NCBI GenBank assembly: GCA_964016885.1
Contig: OZ024741.1
Span: forward strand, 220,224,001-220,288,000
Origin: Eledone cirrhosa
Taxonomy: Eukaryota
Direction: 5' to 3'
DNA: 64,000 bases
Under the pieces are notes generated by a model. It did no database searches and was not told where the DNA came from. It saw nothing but the letters and a program-made list of their open reading frames with translations. Below, piece after piece: positions 1 to 13,210 of the stretch. The position numbers and the translations under genes are program-made. Every line of letters starts with the position of its first letter. The first letter of the stretch is position 1.

Positions 1-633
1 GTACACCCTTCTGAGGTTCCAAGAGTAATGCACACACAATTTCCTGCAAGTATCATGGTTTTGGGTGTTGTTAGCAATGAAGGCCATGTGATGCCTCCTC
101 ACTTTTTTCCACAAGGACTTAGGGTGAATGCTGCTGCATATACTGAGGTTCTGGATAAAGTTGTTAAGCCTTGGATCAACAGTGTATGCAACGGAAGGCC
201 TTATGTTTTTCAACAAGATTCTGCACCAACATACACAGCTCAAATGACACAAGAATGGATGGCTGACAATTTGCATGATCACATACCCTCAACATTTTGC
301 CTCCTAATTCTCCAGATCTCAATCCACTGTACTACTATGTATGGAGCACTGTTGAGAACAATATCAATGAACACCTCCATAGCACCAAAAATTCTTCGAA
401 AGCCGCCATAATTCGAGTTATGTCCGATATTAACAAGGACCACTTAATCCGAGCTTGTAAACGATTTCGACCCCGTGTAGAGGCAGTTATTGATGCTTAT
501 GGTGGCTTTATTGAATCATATTATTAAATTGATAATTTAGCTTGATGTTTATGTTATTTTTATAAGAATACAATTTTTTTCTGTTATTATATAAGCGTTT
601 TTTTTTTAAACCATAAATCTGTCCGCACCCAGT
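1..633 (+). mobile_element. 3' part of a decayed Tc1/mariner-superfamily DD37D (maT-type) transposon
   Basis: ORFs 28-411 and 297-527 join across a frameshift near 285 to give FQQDSAP...PPNSPDLNPL(Y). There are 37 residues between the second and third catalytic positions, and the third D is mutated to Y. The element ends at ...gcacccagTA. Confidence 0.85.
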
Positions 634-665
634 ATATATATATATATACAAAAGACCCTCTTCAA

Positions 666-960
666 TCACGAATGACCATGGGATTTAAACTTCGAAAGCT
701 CTCCTACGAAGTACAAGTCTGGGCAAGGTTGTTTGTGGAAGACCAGCAGTTGTCCATGCATACCAGTCTCCCCTCTCCAAGCCACCGATGTTATCCAAGG
801 GAAAGGTAATGGCTGATACAGATTGGCATCAGTGGCAGCACAACTCATTTCTACACCTGAGTAAATTGGAGCAATGTGAAATAATGTGTCTTGCTCAAGG
901 ACAAAACGCAAAACCCAGTCCGAGAATCGAACTCACAACCTCTCACTTGTAAGTCCAATT
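666..960 (-). mobile_element. tRNA-derived CORE-type SINE
   Basis: Minus strand has the B-box gagttcgattctc followed by ccttgagcaagacacatt...ctcaggtgtagaaatgag, resembling the CORE domain. Related copies occur at 9345, 11615 and 32140. Confidence 0.75.
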
Positions 961-1190
961 CCATGAAAGATAGTTCTATTTATGTAATTTACCAAACTTA
1001 CACAAACACACATATATATATGTATATGTATGTATATGTATATACACATGCATAACCAAATGCTTGGGTGTATATATTTAATGTTCTGTGTAGCCCTCTA
1101 ACGCATATAAATATGTAAAGAGCATGTACACATAAATATATATGTATATATACATATGTATCTCTCTCTCTCTATATATATATATATATC

Positions 1191-1221
<31 letters not shown>

Positions 1222-1240
1222 ACGTGTGTGTGTGTACGTA

Positions 1241-1295
<55 letters not shown>

Positions 1296-1427
1296 TCTCA
1301 GACCTATAAATATGTAGAAACATGTACATCTAGTAATTGGTCATGTTTTTTTTCTTTCATGAATATTTACCAGTTAACACATTACAGAACTTTCGTGTTG
1401 TATCTTAATTTGTATTTCCATTTGATA

Positions 1428-1529
<102 letters not shown>

Positions 1530-1686
1530 TGGAATAAATGCTCTGAAATAGCGATATATATGTGAATATAGACATAGAATATTCGAAAATATTCTGTATG
1601 TTTATAATAAACATTTTGAAGACCTAATCGCTATAGAATAGAATACGTCACGTATTACAATTAGATTCTCGATAAAAGCAAGGGAA

Positions 1687-1730
1687 GTAAATCTACGCGT
1701 TTCATTCTTATTAGAAATCGTCAGGACTAC
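1687..1730 (-). ncRNA. Type I hammerhead ribozyme (also 1998, 2309, 2620, 2931 on minus)
   Basis: Reverse complement of the motif at 3229-3272. Confidence 0.85.
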
Positions 1731-3228
1731 ATATCCAGTGCTTTCATCGAGAATGACACAGCCAGAGACTTATAGAATACTTAGCTGTGTACAGGAACTG
1801 GTTTGAAAGAGCGGTTGCCGGTCCGGCAGAAATTAGAAATTGGAATAAATGCTCTGAAATAGCGATATATATGTGAATATAGACATAGAATATTCGAAAA
1901 TATTCTGTATGTTTATAATAAACATTTTGAAGACCTAATCGCTATAGAATAGAATACGTCACGTATTACAATTAGATTCTCGATAAAAGCAAGGGAAGTA
2001 AATCTACGCGTTTCATTCTTATTAGAAATCGTCAGGACTACATATCCAGTGCTTTCATCGAGAATGACACAGCCAGAGACTTATAGAATACTTAGCTGTG
2101 TACAGGAACTGGTTTGAAAGAGCGGTTGCCGGTCCGGCAGAAATTAGAAATTGGAATAAATGCTCTGAAATAGCGATATATATGTGAATATAGACATAGA
2201 ATATTCGAAAATATTCTGTATGTTTATAATAAACATTTTGAAGACCTAATCGCTATAGAATAGAATACGTCACGTATTACAATTAGATTCTCGATAAAAG
2301 CAAGGGAAGTAAATCTACGCGTTTCATTCTTATTAGAAATCGTCAGGACTACATATCCAGTGCTTTCATCGAGAATGACACAGCCAGAGACTTATAGAAT
2401 ACTTAGCTGTGTACAGGAACTGGTTTGAAAGAGCGGTTGCCGGTCCGGCAGAAATTAGAAATTGGAATAAATGCTCTGAAATAGCGATATATATGTGAAT
2501 ATAGACATAGAATATTCGAAAATATTCTGTATGTTTATAATAAACATTTTGAAGACCTAATCGCTATAGAATAGAATACGTCACGTATTACAATTAGATT
2601 CTCGATAAAAGCAAGGGAAGTAAATCTACGCGTTTCATTCTTATTAGAAATCGTCAGGACTACATATCCAGTGCTTTCATCGAGAATGACACAGCCAGAG
2701 ACTTATAGAATACTTAGCTGTGTACAGGAACTGGTTTGAAAGAGCGGTTGCCGGTCCGGCAGAAATTAGAAATTGGAATAAATGCTCTGAAATAGCGATA
2801 TATATGTGAATATAGACATAGAATATTCGAAAATATTCTGTATGTTTATAATAAACATTTTGAAGACCTAATCGCTATAGAATAGAATACGTCACGTATT
2901 ACAATTAGATTCTCGATAAAAGCAAGGGAAGTAAATCTACGCGTTTCATTCTTATTAGAAATCGTCAGGACTACATATCCAGTGCTTTCATCGAGAATGA
3001 CACAGCCAGAGACTTATAGAATACTTAGCTGTGTACAGGAACTGGTTTGAAAGAGCGGTTGCCGGTCTATATTCACATATATTCACATATATATCGCTAT
3101 TTCAGAGCATTTATTCCAATTTCTAATTTCTGCCGGACCGGCAACCGCTCTTTCAAACCAGTTCCTGTACACAGCTAAGTATTCTATAAGTCTCTGGCTG
3201 TGTCATTCTCGATGAAAGCACTGGATAT

Positions 3229-3272
3229 GTAGTCCTGACGATTTCTAATAAGAATGAAACGCGTAGATTTAC
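3229..3272 (+). ncRNA. Type I hammerhead ribozyme (also 3540, 3851, 4162, 4473, 4784 on plus)
   Basis: gtagtc CTGACGA t-ttct-aata-agaa-t GAA ACGCGT A gatttac. The core is canonical, stem III is palindromic, and cleavage is predicted after 3265. A 16-bp outer helix 3205-3220/3279-3294 has one G.U pair. Confidence 0.88.
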
Positions 3273-4947
3273 TTCCCTTGCTTTTATCGAGAATCTAATT
3301 GTAATACGTGACGTATTCTATTCTATAGCGATTAGGTCTTCAAAATGTTTATTATAAACATACAGAATATTTTCGAATATTCTATGTCTATATTCACATA
3401 TATATCGCTATTTCAGAGCATTTATTCCAATTTCTAATTTCTGCCGGACCGGCAACCGCTCTTTCAAACCAGTTCCTGTACACAGCTAAGTATTCTATAA
3501 GTCTCTGGCTGTGTCATTCTCGATGAAAGCACTGGATATGTAGTCCTGACGATTTCTAATAAGAATGAAACGCGTAGATTTACTTCCCTTGCTTTTATCG
3601 AGAATCTAATTGTAATACGTGACGTATTCTATTCTATAGCGATTAGGTCTTCAAAATGTTTATTATAAACATACAGAATATTTTCGAATATTCTATGTCT
3701 ATATTCACATATATATCGCTATTTCAGAGCATTTATTCCAATTTCTAATTTCTGCCGGACCGGCAACCGCTCTTTCAAACCAGTTCCTGTACACAGCTAA
3801 GTATTCTATAAGTCTCTGGCTGTGTCATTCTCGATGAAAGCACTGGATATGTAGTCCTGACGATTTCTAATAAGAATGAAACGCGTAGATTTACTTCCCT
3901 TGCTTTTATCGAGAATCTAATTGTAATACGTGACGTATTCTATTCTATAGCGATTAGGTCTTCAAAATGTTTATTATAAACATACAGAATATTTTCGAAT
4001 ATTCTATGTCTATATTCACATATATATCGCTATTTCAGAGCATTTATTCCAATTTCTAATTTCTGCCGGACCGGCAACCGCTCTTTCAAACCAGTTCCTG
4101 TACACAGCTAAGTATTCTATAAGTCTCTGGCTGTGTCATTCTCGATGAAAGCACTGGATATGTAGTCCTGACGATTTCTAATAAGAATGAAACGCGTAGA
4201 TTTACTTCCCTTGCTTTTATCGAGAATCTAATTGTAATACGTGACGTATTCTATTCTATAGCGATTAGGTCTTCAAAATGTTTATTATAAACATACAGAA
4301 TATTTTCGAATATTCTATGTCTATATTCACATATATATCGCTATTTCAGAGCATTTATTCCAATTTCTAATTTCTGCCGGACCGGCAACCGCTCTTTCAA
4401 ACCAGTTCCTGTACACAGCTAAGTATTCTATAAGTCTCTGGCTGTGTCATTCTCGATGAAAGCACTGGATATGTAGTCCTGACGATTTCTAATAAGAATG
4501 AAACGCGTAGATTTACTTCCCTTGCTTTTATCGAGAATCTAATTGTAATACGTGACGTATTCTATTCTATAGCGATTAGGTCTTCAAAATGTTTATTATA
4601 AACATACAGAATATTTTCGAATATTCTATGTCTATATTCACATATATATCGCTATTTCAGAGCATTTATTCCAATTTCTAATTTCTGCCGGACCGGCAAC
4701 CGCTCTTTCAAACCAGTTCCTGTACACAGCTAAGTATTCTATAAGTCTCTGGCTGTGTCATTCTCGATGAAAGCACTGGATATGTAGTCCTGACGATTTC
4801 TAATAAGAATGAAACGCGTAGATTTACTTCCCTTGCTTTTATCGAGAATCTAATTGTAATACGTGACGTATTCTATTCTATAGCGATTAGGTCTTCAAAA
4901 TGTTTATTATAAACATACAGAATATTTTCGAATATTCTATGTCTATA

Positions 4948-4988
<41 letters not shown>

Positions 4989-5365
4989 TAATACACGTAT
5001 ATGCATATATGTATGTGTGATTGAGTGTAACCGTTTGTGTATATGTGTGTCTGTGTGTATCTACTTGTATGTGTATGTAATGTATATCTGTGTATATAAA
5101 TGTGTGTCTTTTTGTTTCGTGTGTGTATATCTGTGTATATATATATATGAATGTGTTTGTGTTTATGTGTGTATATATGTGAATCTGTGTATGTATGTTT
5201 GTATGTGTGAATGTGCATTATGATATACGCAGTATACAGAACACTCCAATGTTTGTCACTGTTTTACACATTTCTACCTTTAAGTTTACCTGCATTGATT
5301 AATATCACATGAAAGAGATACATAGTAGGTGTGATTGAGGCGGTACCATGATATTAGTAAAGGGT

Positions 5366-6035
5366 GGAGTGTGGTGGTGGTGGTGGTGGAGTGTGGTGAG
5401 GTGGTGGTGGTTGTGGAGTGTGGTGAGGTGGTGGTGGTGGTGGTGGTGGTGGAGTGGGGTGAGGAGGTGGTGGTGGTGGTGGTGGTGGTTGTTGAGTGTG
5501 TTGATGTGAAGTTGGAGTGTGGTGAGGTGGTGGTGGTGGTGGAGTGTGGTGAGATGGTGGTGGTTGTGGAGTGTGGTGAGATGGTGGTGGTGGTGGTGAA
5601 GTGTGGTGAGGTGGTGGTGGTTGTGGAGTGTGTTGAGGTGGTGGTGGAGTGTGGTGGAGTGTGGTGAGGTGGTGGTGGTGGTGGTGGTGGTGGTGGAGTG
5701 TGGTGAGGTGGTGGTGGAGTGTGTTGAAGTGGTGGTGGTGGTGGTGGTGGTTGTTGAGTGTGTTGATGTGAAGTTAAAGTGTGGTGAGGTCGTGGTGGTG
5801 GTGGTGGATTGTGGTGAGGAGGTGGTGGCGGAGTGTGGTGGAGTGTGGTGGGGGATGGTGGTTGTGGTGGCCGTGGTGGTAATGGTGGTGGCGGTGGTGG
5901 TGCTGGTCGTCGTCGTCGCCGTCGTGGAATGTGATGAGGTGATGGTGGAGGTGGTGGTCGTCGTCGTGGAGTGTCATAAGGTGATAGAGGAGGTGGTGGT
6001 GGTGGTGGAGCTGGTGGTGGTGGAGTGTGGTGAGA
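5366..6035. repeat. Degenerate (GTG)n-based simple repeat
   Basis: gtg runs punctuated by gagtgtggtgag. Confidence 0.9.
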
Positions 6036-6323
6036 TGATACTGGATTACTTTTCCCTTTTAGTTTGTTCCAATGTAACCAAACCTCCTATGTCCTTTGAT
6101 ATTCCAGTTTACTAGTGTCTGTATTTTGTATATATTTTGTGTGTATGTTTTTCTATTTTCCGTGTAAATCCGCTAACACTATATATATATATATTCTACC
6201 ATACTATTTCTTTCTAATAACATTATACATTTTAAAGGATTGTAAATAAAACGAGTAAATCAGACAAAGTTGGAATTCCTTTTATTAATATAATCTTCTA
6301 TACACAATCATACACACCCGTGT

Positions 6324-6425
<102 letters not shown>

Positions 6426-6476
6426 ATATAGATATAGATATTAGAGCAAACATCACGGGCGCTCTATCTCAAAATT

Positions 6477-6514
6477 GTTTTTGAAAAGCATTGGAAATGC
6501 GCAACCGGTAAAAC
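6477..6514 (+). ncRNA. Degenerate U3-A8 variant hammerhead in a PLE-like terminal fragment
   Basis: gttt TTGAAAA gcatt-gga-aatgc GCA ACCGGT A aaac. Stems I, II and III are intact, but GAAA is mutated to GCAA. Confidence 0.65.
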
Positions 6515-7000
6515 TTAAAACCAAAACTGAATACTAACCAATACTATTACTAATTTTTACTTATTCCTAATTAAACTATTTTTCACTGGGAACAATTTGT
6601 CACCATTCTCTTTTCCTTTTACCAATATATATATACACACACACACACACATATATATATATTCACACACACACACACACACACACAAACATATATATAT
6701 ACACACACACACACACACATATATATATACATAAGTATATCTATACATACATATACACACATATATATACGTATATATATAGAGAGAGAGGGATACATAT
6801 ATATATATATATGTATATGTGTGTGTGTGTGTGTATGTATGTATATAACAAGGGAAGTTAGTTTTACCATTGATCTTCAATGGTAAAACTAACTTCCTCC
6901 ACCTTGTCGACAAAAACAACAATCACTACAACATCAACGAGACTAACAACAACAGCAACAACTACTACTAGTACTACTACTACCACCACCAGCACTACCA

Positions 7001-7044
<44 letters not shown>

Positions 7045-7338
7045 GCTACTACTACTACTACTACTACTGCTGCTGCTGCAGTCCTCCTCGCAGCTTAATT
7101 TACAATGACAACCTAAAGAGACACGGAGCAAGCTTGCCAGATCAACTCCATTAAAAATCCCCATGTGGATTGCGATAGAAAGAAAACCCAAAATCAAAAT
7201 TTAGTTAGTAAATTAAATAGAAAAGTAAACATGAGTAACTTCTACTTTTAATGTATATCTCTCTTGGAAAACCAGTTAAAATTTCTGTATTAAGCAGTCA
7301 CAGTCTAAAGTGTGTCTCGAGCCTGGAGGGTCATCAGG

Positions 7339-7700
7339 CTGGGATGCCACTTGCACCGACACCTTCTCCAGCCGTAACCTGGTGCAGTCTGCGAATAACC
7401 CAGGTTCTGCTGCACGTCGGGCTGAGGAGGCGAAACTCTTCAAATACCGGTCGCTCTCTTCAAATACCGGTCGCTCTCCTTGGCAGTAGGGACTTCTGGT
7501 GTCCTTGGCCCTAGGACTACCTCCCTACTCACCACCATAGGCGCTGAGCTGGCCAGCCGCAGGTGTGAGCCACGCGAGTTGGAATGGCTCTTCCAGCGGA
7601 TCTCCCTTACTATCCTCCGGGGAAACGCCTTCTCCATCCTGTCCGTCGGGGCTGTGGGGAGGACAGAATGTGGGACCCCATTTGCTCACCATACGGATTA
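7339..7700 (+). mobile_element. 3' fragment of a CRE-like non-LTR retrotransposon (restriction-like endonuclease domain)
   Basis: Translates as WDATCTDTFSSRNLVQSANNPGSAARRAEEAKLFKY...AVGTSGVLGP...WLFQRISLTILRGNA. It is disrupted by a 20-bp duplication near 7437-7476. Confidence 0.75.
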
Positions 7701-7771
7701 ATAGTCAAAGTTATAAACTATCGTAAATAAACATCTACTAGTTCTTTGAGCAGTAAAAAAAAACAAAAAAA

Positions 7772-9158
7772 AACTAAAACCACTATCATATCATTTGACG
7801 TCATAACTAAAACCACTATCATATCATTTGACGTCATAACTAAAACCACTATCATATCATTTGACGTCATAACTAAATCCACTATCATATCATTTGACGT
7901 CATAACTAAAACCACTATCATATCATTTGACGTCATAACTAAAACCACTATCATATAATTTGACGTCATAACTAAAACCACTATCATATCATTTGACGTC
8001 ATAACTAAAACCACTATCATATCATTTGACGTCATAACTAAAACCACTATCATATCATTTGACGTCATAACTAAAACCACTATCATACCATTTGACGTCA
8101 TAACTAAAACCACTATCATATCATTTGACGTCATAACTAAAACCACTATTATATCATTTGACGTCATAACTAAAACCACTATCATATCATTTGACGTCAT
8201 AACTAAAACCACAATCATATCATTTGACGTCATAACTAAAACCACTATTATATCATTTGACTTCATAACTAAAACCACTATCAGATCATTTGACGTCATA
8301 ACTAAAACCACTATCATATCATTTGACGTCATAACTAAAACCACAATCATATCATTTGACGTCATAACTAAAACCACTATTATATCATTTGACTTCATAA
8401 CTAAAACCACTATCAGATCATTTGACGTCATAACTAAAACCACTATCATATCATTTGACGTCATAACTAAAACCACTATCATATCATTTCACACTATAAC
8501 TAAAACCACTATCATATCATTTGACGTCATAACTAAAACCACTATTATATCATTTGACGTCATAACTAAAACCACTATCATATCATTTGACGTCATAATT
8601 AAAACCACTATTATATCATTTGACGTCATAACTAAAACCACTATTATATCATTTGACGTCATAACTAAAACCACTATCATATCATTTGACGTCATAACTA
8701 AAACCACTATTATATCATTTGACGTCATAACTAAAACCACTATCATATCATTTGACGTCATAACTAAAACCACTATTATATCATTTGACGTCATAACTAA
8801 AACCACTATCATATCATTTGACGTCATAATTAAAACCACTATTATATCATTTGACGTCATAACTAAAACCACTATTATATCATTTGACGTCATAACTAAA
8901 ACCACTATCATATCATTTGACGTCATAACTAAAACCACTATTATATCATTTGACGTCATAACTAAAACCACTATCATATCATTTCACACTATAACTAAAA
9001 CCACTATCATATCATTTGACGTCATAACTAAAACCACTATCATATCATTTGACGCCATAACTAAAACCACTATCATATCATTTGACGTCATAACTAAATC
9101 CACTATCATATCATTTGACGTCATAACTAAAACCACTATCATATCATTTGATGCCATA
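7772..9158. repeat. 33-bp minisatellite, about 42 copies
   Basis: Unit aactaaaaccactatcatatcatttgacgtcat. It explains ORFs 7718-8482 and 8489-8977. Confidence 0.97.
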
Positions 9159-9344
9159 AACCTTCAACATTGTCTGCCCCTCTCTATATTTTGAGGCCAA
9201 AATATACTTTTGTTTGATATCTGTAAGTTATATGATGGTCTCTCCCGTCGTATATCGACTAGTGGTAAGTCCAACACACTAACCACTAGGTCACGTACCT
9301 CTACGAAACATTCACATGACGATTGTTGTTGTTGTTACAGCTCA

Positions 9345-9580
9345 CACCTATGCAGACTTAGCTGGCCTCCTCCAAGGTATATCTCGTTGAAGGTGTCTTG
9401 GGTGATTTAATGATAGGGACCCCAGTCCTATCATCTCATTTCTACAGCTGAGTAAACTGGAGCAACGTGAAATAAAGTGTCTTGCTCAAGGAAATAACAC
9501 ATCACCCGGTCCGAGAATTGAACTCACAACCTTTCGATTGCAAGCCCAATGCTCTAACCACTAAGCCATGCGCCTTCACA
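9345..9580 (-). mobile_element. CORE-type tRNA SINE
   Basis: Shares ctcatttctacagctgagtaaactggagcaacgtgaaataaagtgtcttgctcaagg with the 666-960 copy. The tRNA-like head is at the right end. Confidence 0.75.
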
Positions 9581-9849
9581 CATTACGATTCCACACGGGA
9601 AAAAAAATAAAACGAAAAACGAAAACTCAAACACTTTTCATGAATTTAATTTTTCCACTTCCTACCCAGAACATTGAAAGAAGGTCTGTAGGTCGCTTTC
9701 GATTTATATAGTTGGTAATTTAATATGATCTTCCATTGAATTCTTGCTTTTAAAAACTAATATGATAATTTATCAAGAATTTCTTTCTCGACTTCACTAA
9801 TTTTTTTCTCGGTTTAGTTGATACTTCAGTCGTACTTCAGCATGGCTTT

Positions 9850-10085
9850 ACTTGGTAATAAAATGTTCGCAGCAATTGTTTTTCAGTTTGACGAAATTAG
9901 ATTCAAATCTGTTTCTATTTCTTCGTTTAGATTTGGTAGAAGTTATTCTTGGAAACGTACTTTCAACGGCGTTATTGCTTTGTCATACGGCACAAGCACT
10001 CAAGGATTTTCTGACAAATCTTGTGGCCATCCAGATCCATCCATCATATTTTCAAGTGTTGCTACTTTAGACCAAAATTCTTACC
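9850..10085 (-). pseudogene. Probable hAT transposase C-terminal dimerisation-domain remnant
   Basis: Minus frames give EFWSKVATL and SNNAVESTFPRITSTKSKRRNR, resembling the hAT motif FW...SNAxVERxFS...KxRNRL. It has frameshifts and stops. Confidence 0.45.
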
Positions 10086-10119
10086 TGTCAATAAGAATTT
10101 CAATAGGGAAGTATACTTC

Positions 10120-10522
10120 TCCGAATTGAGAGATAATAGCTCCGATGCTATGGACATGTGGTTAGAATGTCCCAGGAAAGAATCACTAAATAGATTTGTA
10201 GCTCGGAGATCAGAAGAGCGTCACTCGAGGTAGAGCTACTACTTCTTTGAATTGAGAGATCACAACTCCGATACTATAGACATGTTGTTAGAATGTGTCA
10301 GGAAAGAATCTCTGGACAGATTTTACTGGCAAATTTAACCGGCAGGAGACCCAGGGGCAGATCCTGAAAAGATGTTTGAATAACATCCATGAGCTTGGCT
10401 GGTCTCCCTTTGGGATCCATCTGGGTCAGTTGGAGACGGTTGCTTCTGACAGGACCTGCTGGAATGAGGTTTGAGGACTTTGCCCCCACGACCCTCTCAG
10501 GAATAAGTGGGAGAAGAAGAAG
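10120..10522 (+). mobile_element. 3' end of an RTE-clade LINE with a partial 5' duplication
   Basis: Translates as IERSQLRYYRHVVRMCQERISGQILLANLTGRRPRGR and ends in a (gaa)n tail. 10124-10200 is a diverged repeat of 10250-10326. Confidence 0.7.
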
Positions 10523-10876
10523 AGAAATATACTTTATCGATCGATTAAGTAATAGAAGTTTTCAGAGCCCCTGGTTCTCTGCTTCTCCAATTTTAGATTG
10601 ATCTGTTGAAGCTAAACTTACGGAGGGGTGGAGGGGGGGGGGCTGCAAAAGATGGGGTATTATGACTAAAACAAACATTTGGAAGGATTTACTAACTTTG
10701 ATAGTCGTTGTTACTTCTGCCAGGAGTTGCAATCAGTAGATAGTATCAACAATGGAAATATCTATGGAAACATTGTTTTCGTGGATATTTCCATTGTTTT
10801 CGTCTGATTTTACCATTCGGTAAGCGAACGAGATTTTGTTGATCGTTTCCTCGTACTTCTTATGATAGACTTCAAG

Positions 10877-11170
10877 AATTCTAGCTACATGGTTTAGTAA
10901 TTCTAGCTACATATTTTAATAATTCAAACTACATGGTTTAATAATTCTAGCTACATGTTTTAATAATTTTAGCTACATGATTTTTATAATTCTAGCTACA
11001 TGTTTTAATAATTCTAGCTACATGGATTAATAATTCTAGATACATGTTTAAATAACTCTAGCTACATGGTTTTATAATTCTAGCTACATGTTTTAATAAT
11101 TCTAACTACATGGTTTAACAATTCTAGCTACATGTTTTAATAATTCTAGCTAAATGGATTAATTCTAGGT
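10877..11170. repeat. 21-23-bp minisatellite, about 13 copies
   Basis: Unit aattctagctacatg(g/t)tttaat. Confidence 0.9.
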
Positions 11171-11614
11171 AAATACCTTCAAAGGTCTTTTCTCGAGTGT
11201 CTCCAAAGGTATAGGCGTCAAATTTGTACAATGTTGTCTTGTCTTTTTCTGGGGGCAGGGGGTAAAAAATGTTTACTGGTTAAAAGGTTAAAGGATTATA
11301 ATCCAAGGTGAATGCTTTCCCAAGCGAAGTTCTATGATTTAATGTCTAAATTCGTTTCAAGATTCACATAAAAGGTAATACAGATTTTTGTATGCTTATT
11401 AAATGTATGTATGGAGTCGTAACTGCCGATGGAGTTGTAAAGGCACCGTAGCGACATACAGAGTGTTTGGGGTATTTTAAACCCGATGGAGATGGCCCCT
11501 CACTAAATCTGGACAAAGTCGATATTTTCAAGAGAAGGGGGAGAGAGAGAATGATAGAGAGGTTGCAAGAAAGAGACGGAGAGAAAGATTATACCTCAAT
11601 TCTGGAGTCTAAAA

Positions 11615-12330
11615 TCTGTCTCGAGCCCGGAGGCTAATTAGGCCAGTGCTTATCACGGTTTCCGTGGCGAGAAGTGACTGAGAGTAAAAGACTCACCCCT
11701 GGACAGGACACCAGTCCATTACAGAGTTAAAAACTTAGTTACTGCTGGTACTCATTTTCAGCTGAGTATAGTGGAGCAATGTGAAATGAAGTGTTTTGTT
11801 AAAGAACACAACACACAACCCAGTCCAGGTATCGAGCACATGATCATAAGTCCAACACCCTTACCACCAGGTCACACACCACCTCCGCTACCTTTATTAT
11901 CACCATCACCACCATTTGACAGTATCAGTAAAGTGTTAAACAACATGTTTTGTGGTATATTGTTACAGTTCTTTACCATTCGAGTTCAAATCTTGCCAAG
12001 GTTAACTTTACCTTTCATTCTCACAGGGTCGATAAGATAAGGTACCAGTAACACACTGGGGTTGGTTTAAATGTTTTGTTAATGAATACAACACATAAAC
12101 TAGTCCAGGAATAAAGCCCACAACATTATGATCGTAAGTCCAACACCCTTACCAGTAAGCTACACGACTCCACACAGTACTGGACTGGTACAATTTTATC
12201 GACCTCGAAAGGATGAGAAACAATGTTGATCTTGATCTTAGGTTTTTTTAAACTCCGAATGTAAAGAGTCAGATCAAATATCGCGATGGCATTCCAACCG
12301 GCGCTCTACCAATTCTACCAATCCACCACA
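11615..12330. mobile_element. Cluster of nested SINE copies and fragments
   Basis: CORE-type copy on minus at 11615-11880. The second family (ctttcatcc...ggtcgataaaataaagtaccag) occurs on plus near 11917-12062 and on minus near 12175-12330. Confidence 0.7.
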
Positions 12331-12383
12331 CTTATGTCTCATAAATATTTATAAAAAAAGTTTATTAGTTGTACCTGTGTACA

Positions 12384-12581
12384 TACGAAGTTCAGCAGAA
12401 AAGTTTATAAGTTGGCTATGAAGGGGTGATGCTAGAGCTGTGAAATCTTGCTTGTATTGATTTCAACTCTTATTAATAACTGCATTGTTTGCTTCCATGG
12501 ACTATGTTGAAAAACAAACCTCATTTGGTCATTCCATGAGAGTATCTTGGTCAGCCTATGAACTATTCAGCCCTCTTCGTG
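12384..12581. mobile_element. Mariner-like MITE (second, truncated copy at 13003-13187)
   Basis: Imperfect terminal inverted repeats of the acgaggg...ctgaaa...cataggctg / cagcctatgaactattcagccctcttcgt type. Both copies share the internal gtgatgctagagctgtgaaatcttgc. Confidence 0.7.
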
Positions 12582-12611
12582 AATGTATATATATATATAT
12601 ATATATATATT

Positions 12612-12813
12612 TTTTTTATTGTATAGAAGGAGCTTCTACAGGACTAGTACTGTTTCATTCAGATAAAATATTCAGGAAGCTCCTGAATATTTCATCTGAA
12701 TGAAACAGTACTAGTCCTGTAGAAGCTCCTTCTATACAATAAAAAATGTTTACTCTGCCATGTATTGAGTACCTTACTTACTGTGGTTATCCCCGACTCA
12801 ACCCGGGACCTAC

Positions 12814-12815
<2 letters not shown>
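12612..12815 (+). mobile_element. Fold-back PLE-like terminal fragment within (TA)n
   Basis: Near-perfect palindrome 12612-12746 centred at 12679, containing GAAACAGTACTAGTC. Its tail is shared with 32444-32496. Confidence 0.6.
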
Positions 12816-12861
<46 letters not shown>

Positions 12862-13210
12862 CTGCAAGTACTTGTGAATTTGCACGTAGCGTAACTAGAC
12901 TGCAGTACCACCGTGGAAACACTTGTAAGCACACGGAATAAATTACCTTTTTATGATGTCTACCTGTTATTATTCATTCTTTATATATATATATATATAT
13001 ATACACGAGGGTCAGCTGAAATATTCATAGGCTGCACATGAAAGAGTGATGCTAGAGCTGTGAAATCTTGCATGCGTTAGTTTCATGTCTTTTTATTAAT
13101 AAATATATTGTTTTTTTTTTTGTTTTTTTTTCTAAGGTCTATGTAGAAAAACAAACCTCATTTGGTCATTACATGAGAGTATCTTAGTATGCTAATCTCT
13201 AGCAGAATAA

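Noticed and set aside
12865-12935. Possible hammerhead ending GAAACACTTGTAagcac (also 41285-41352 on minus and 6225-6265)
   Set aside because: The 5' core or the stems are too degenerate to support a call.
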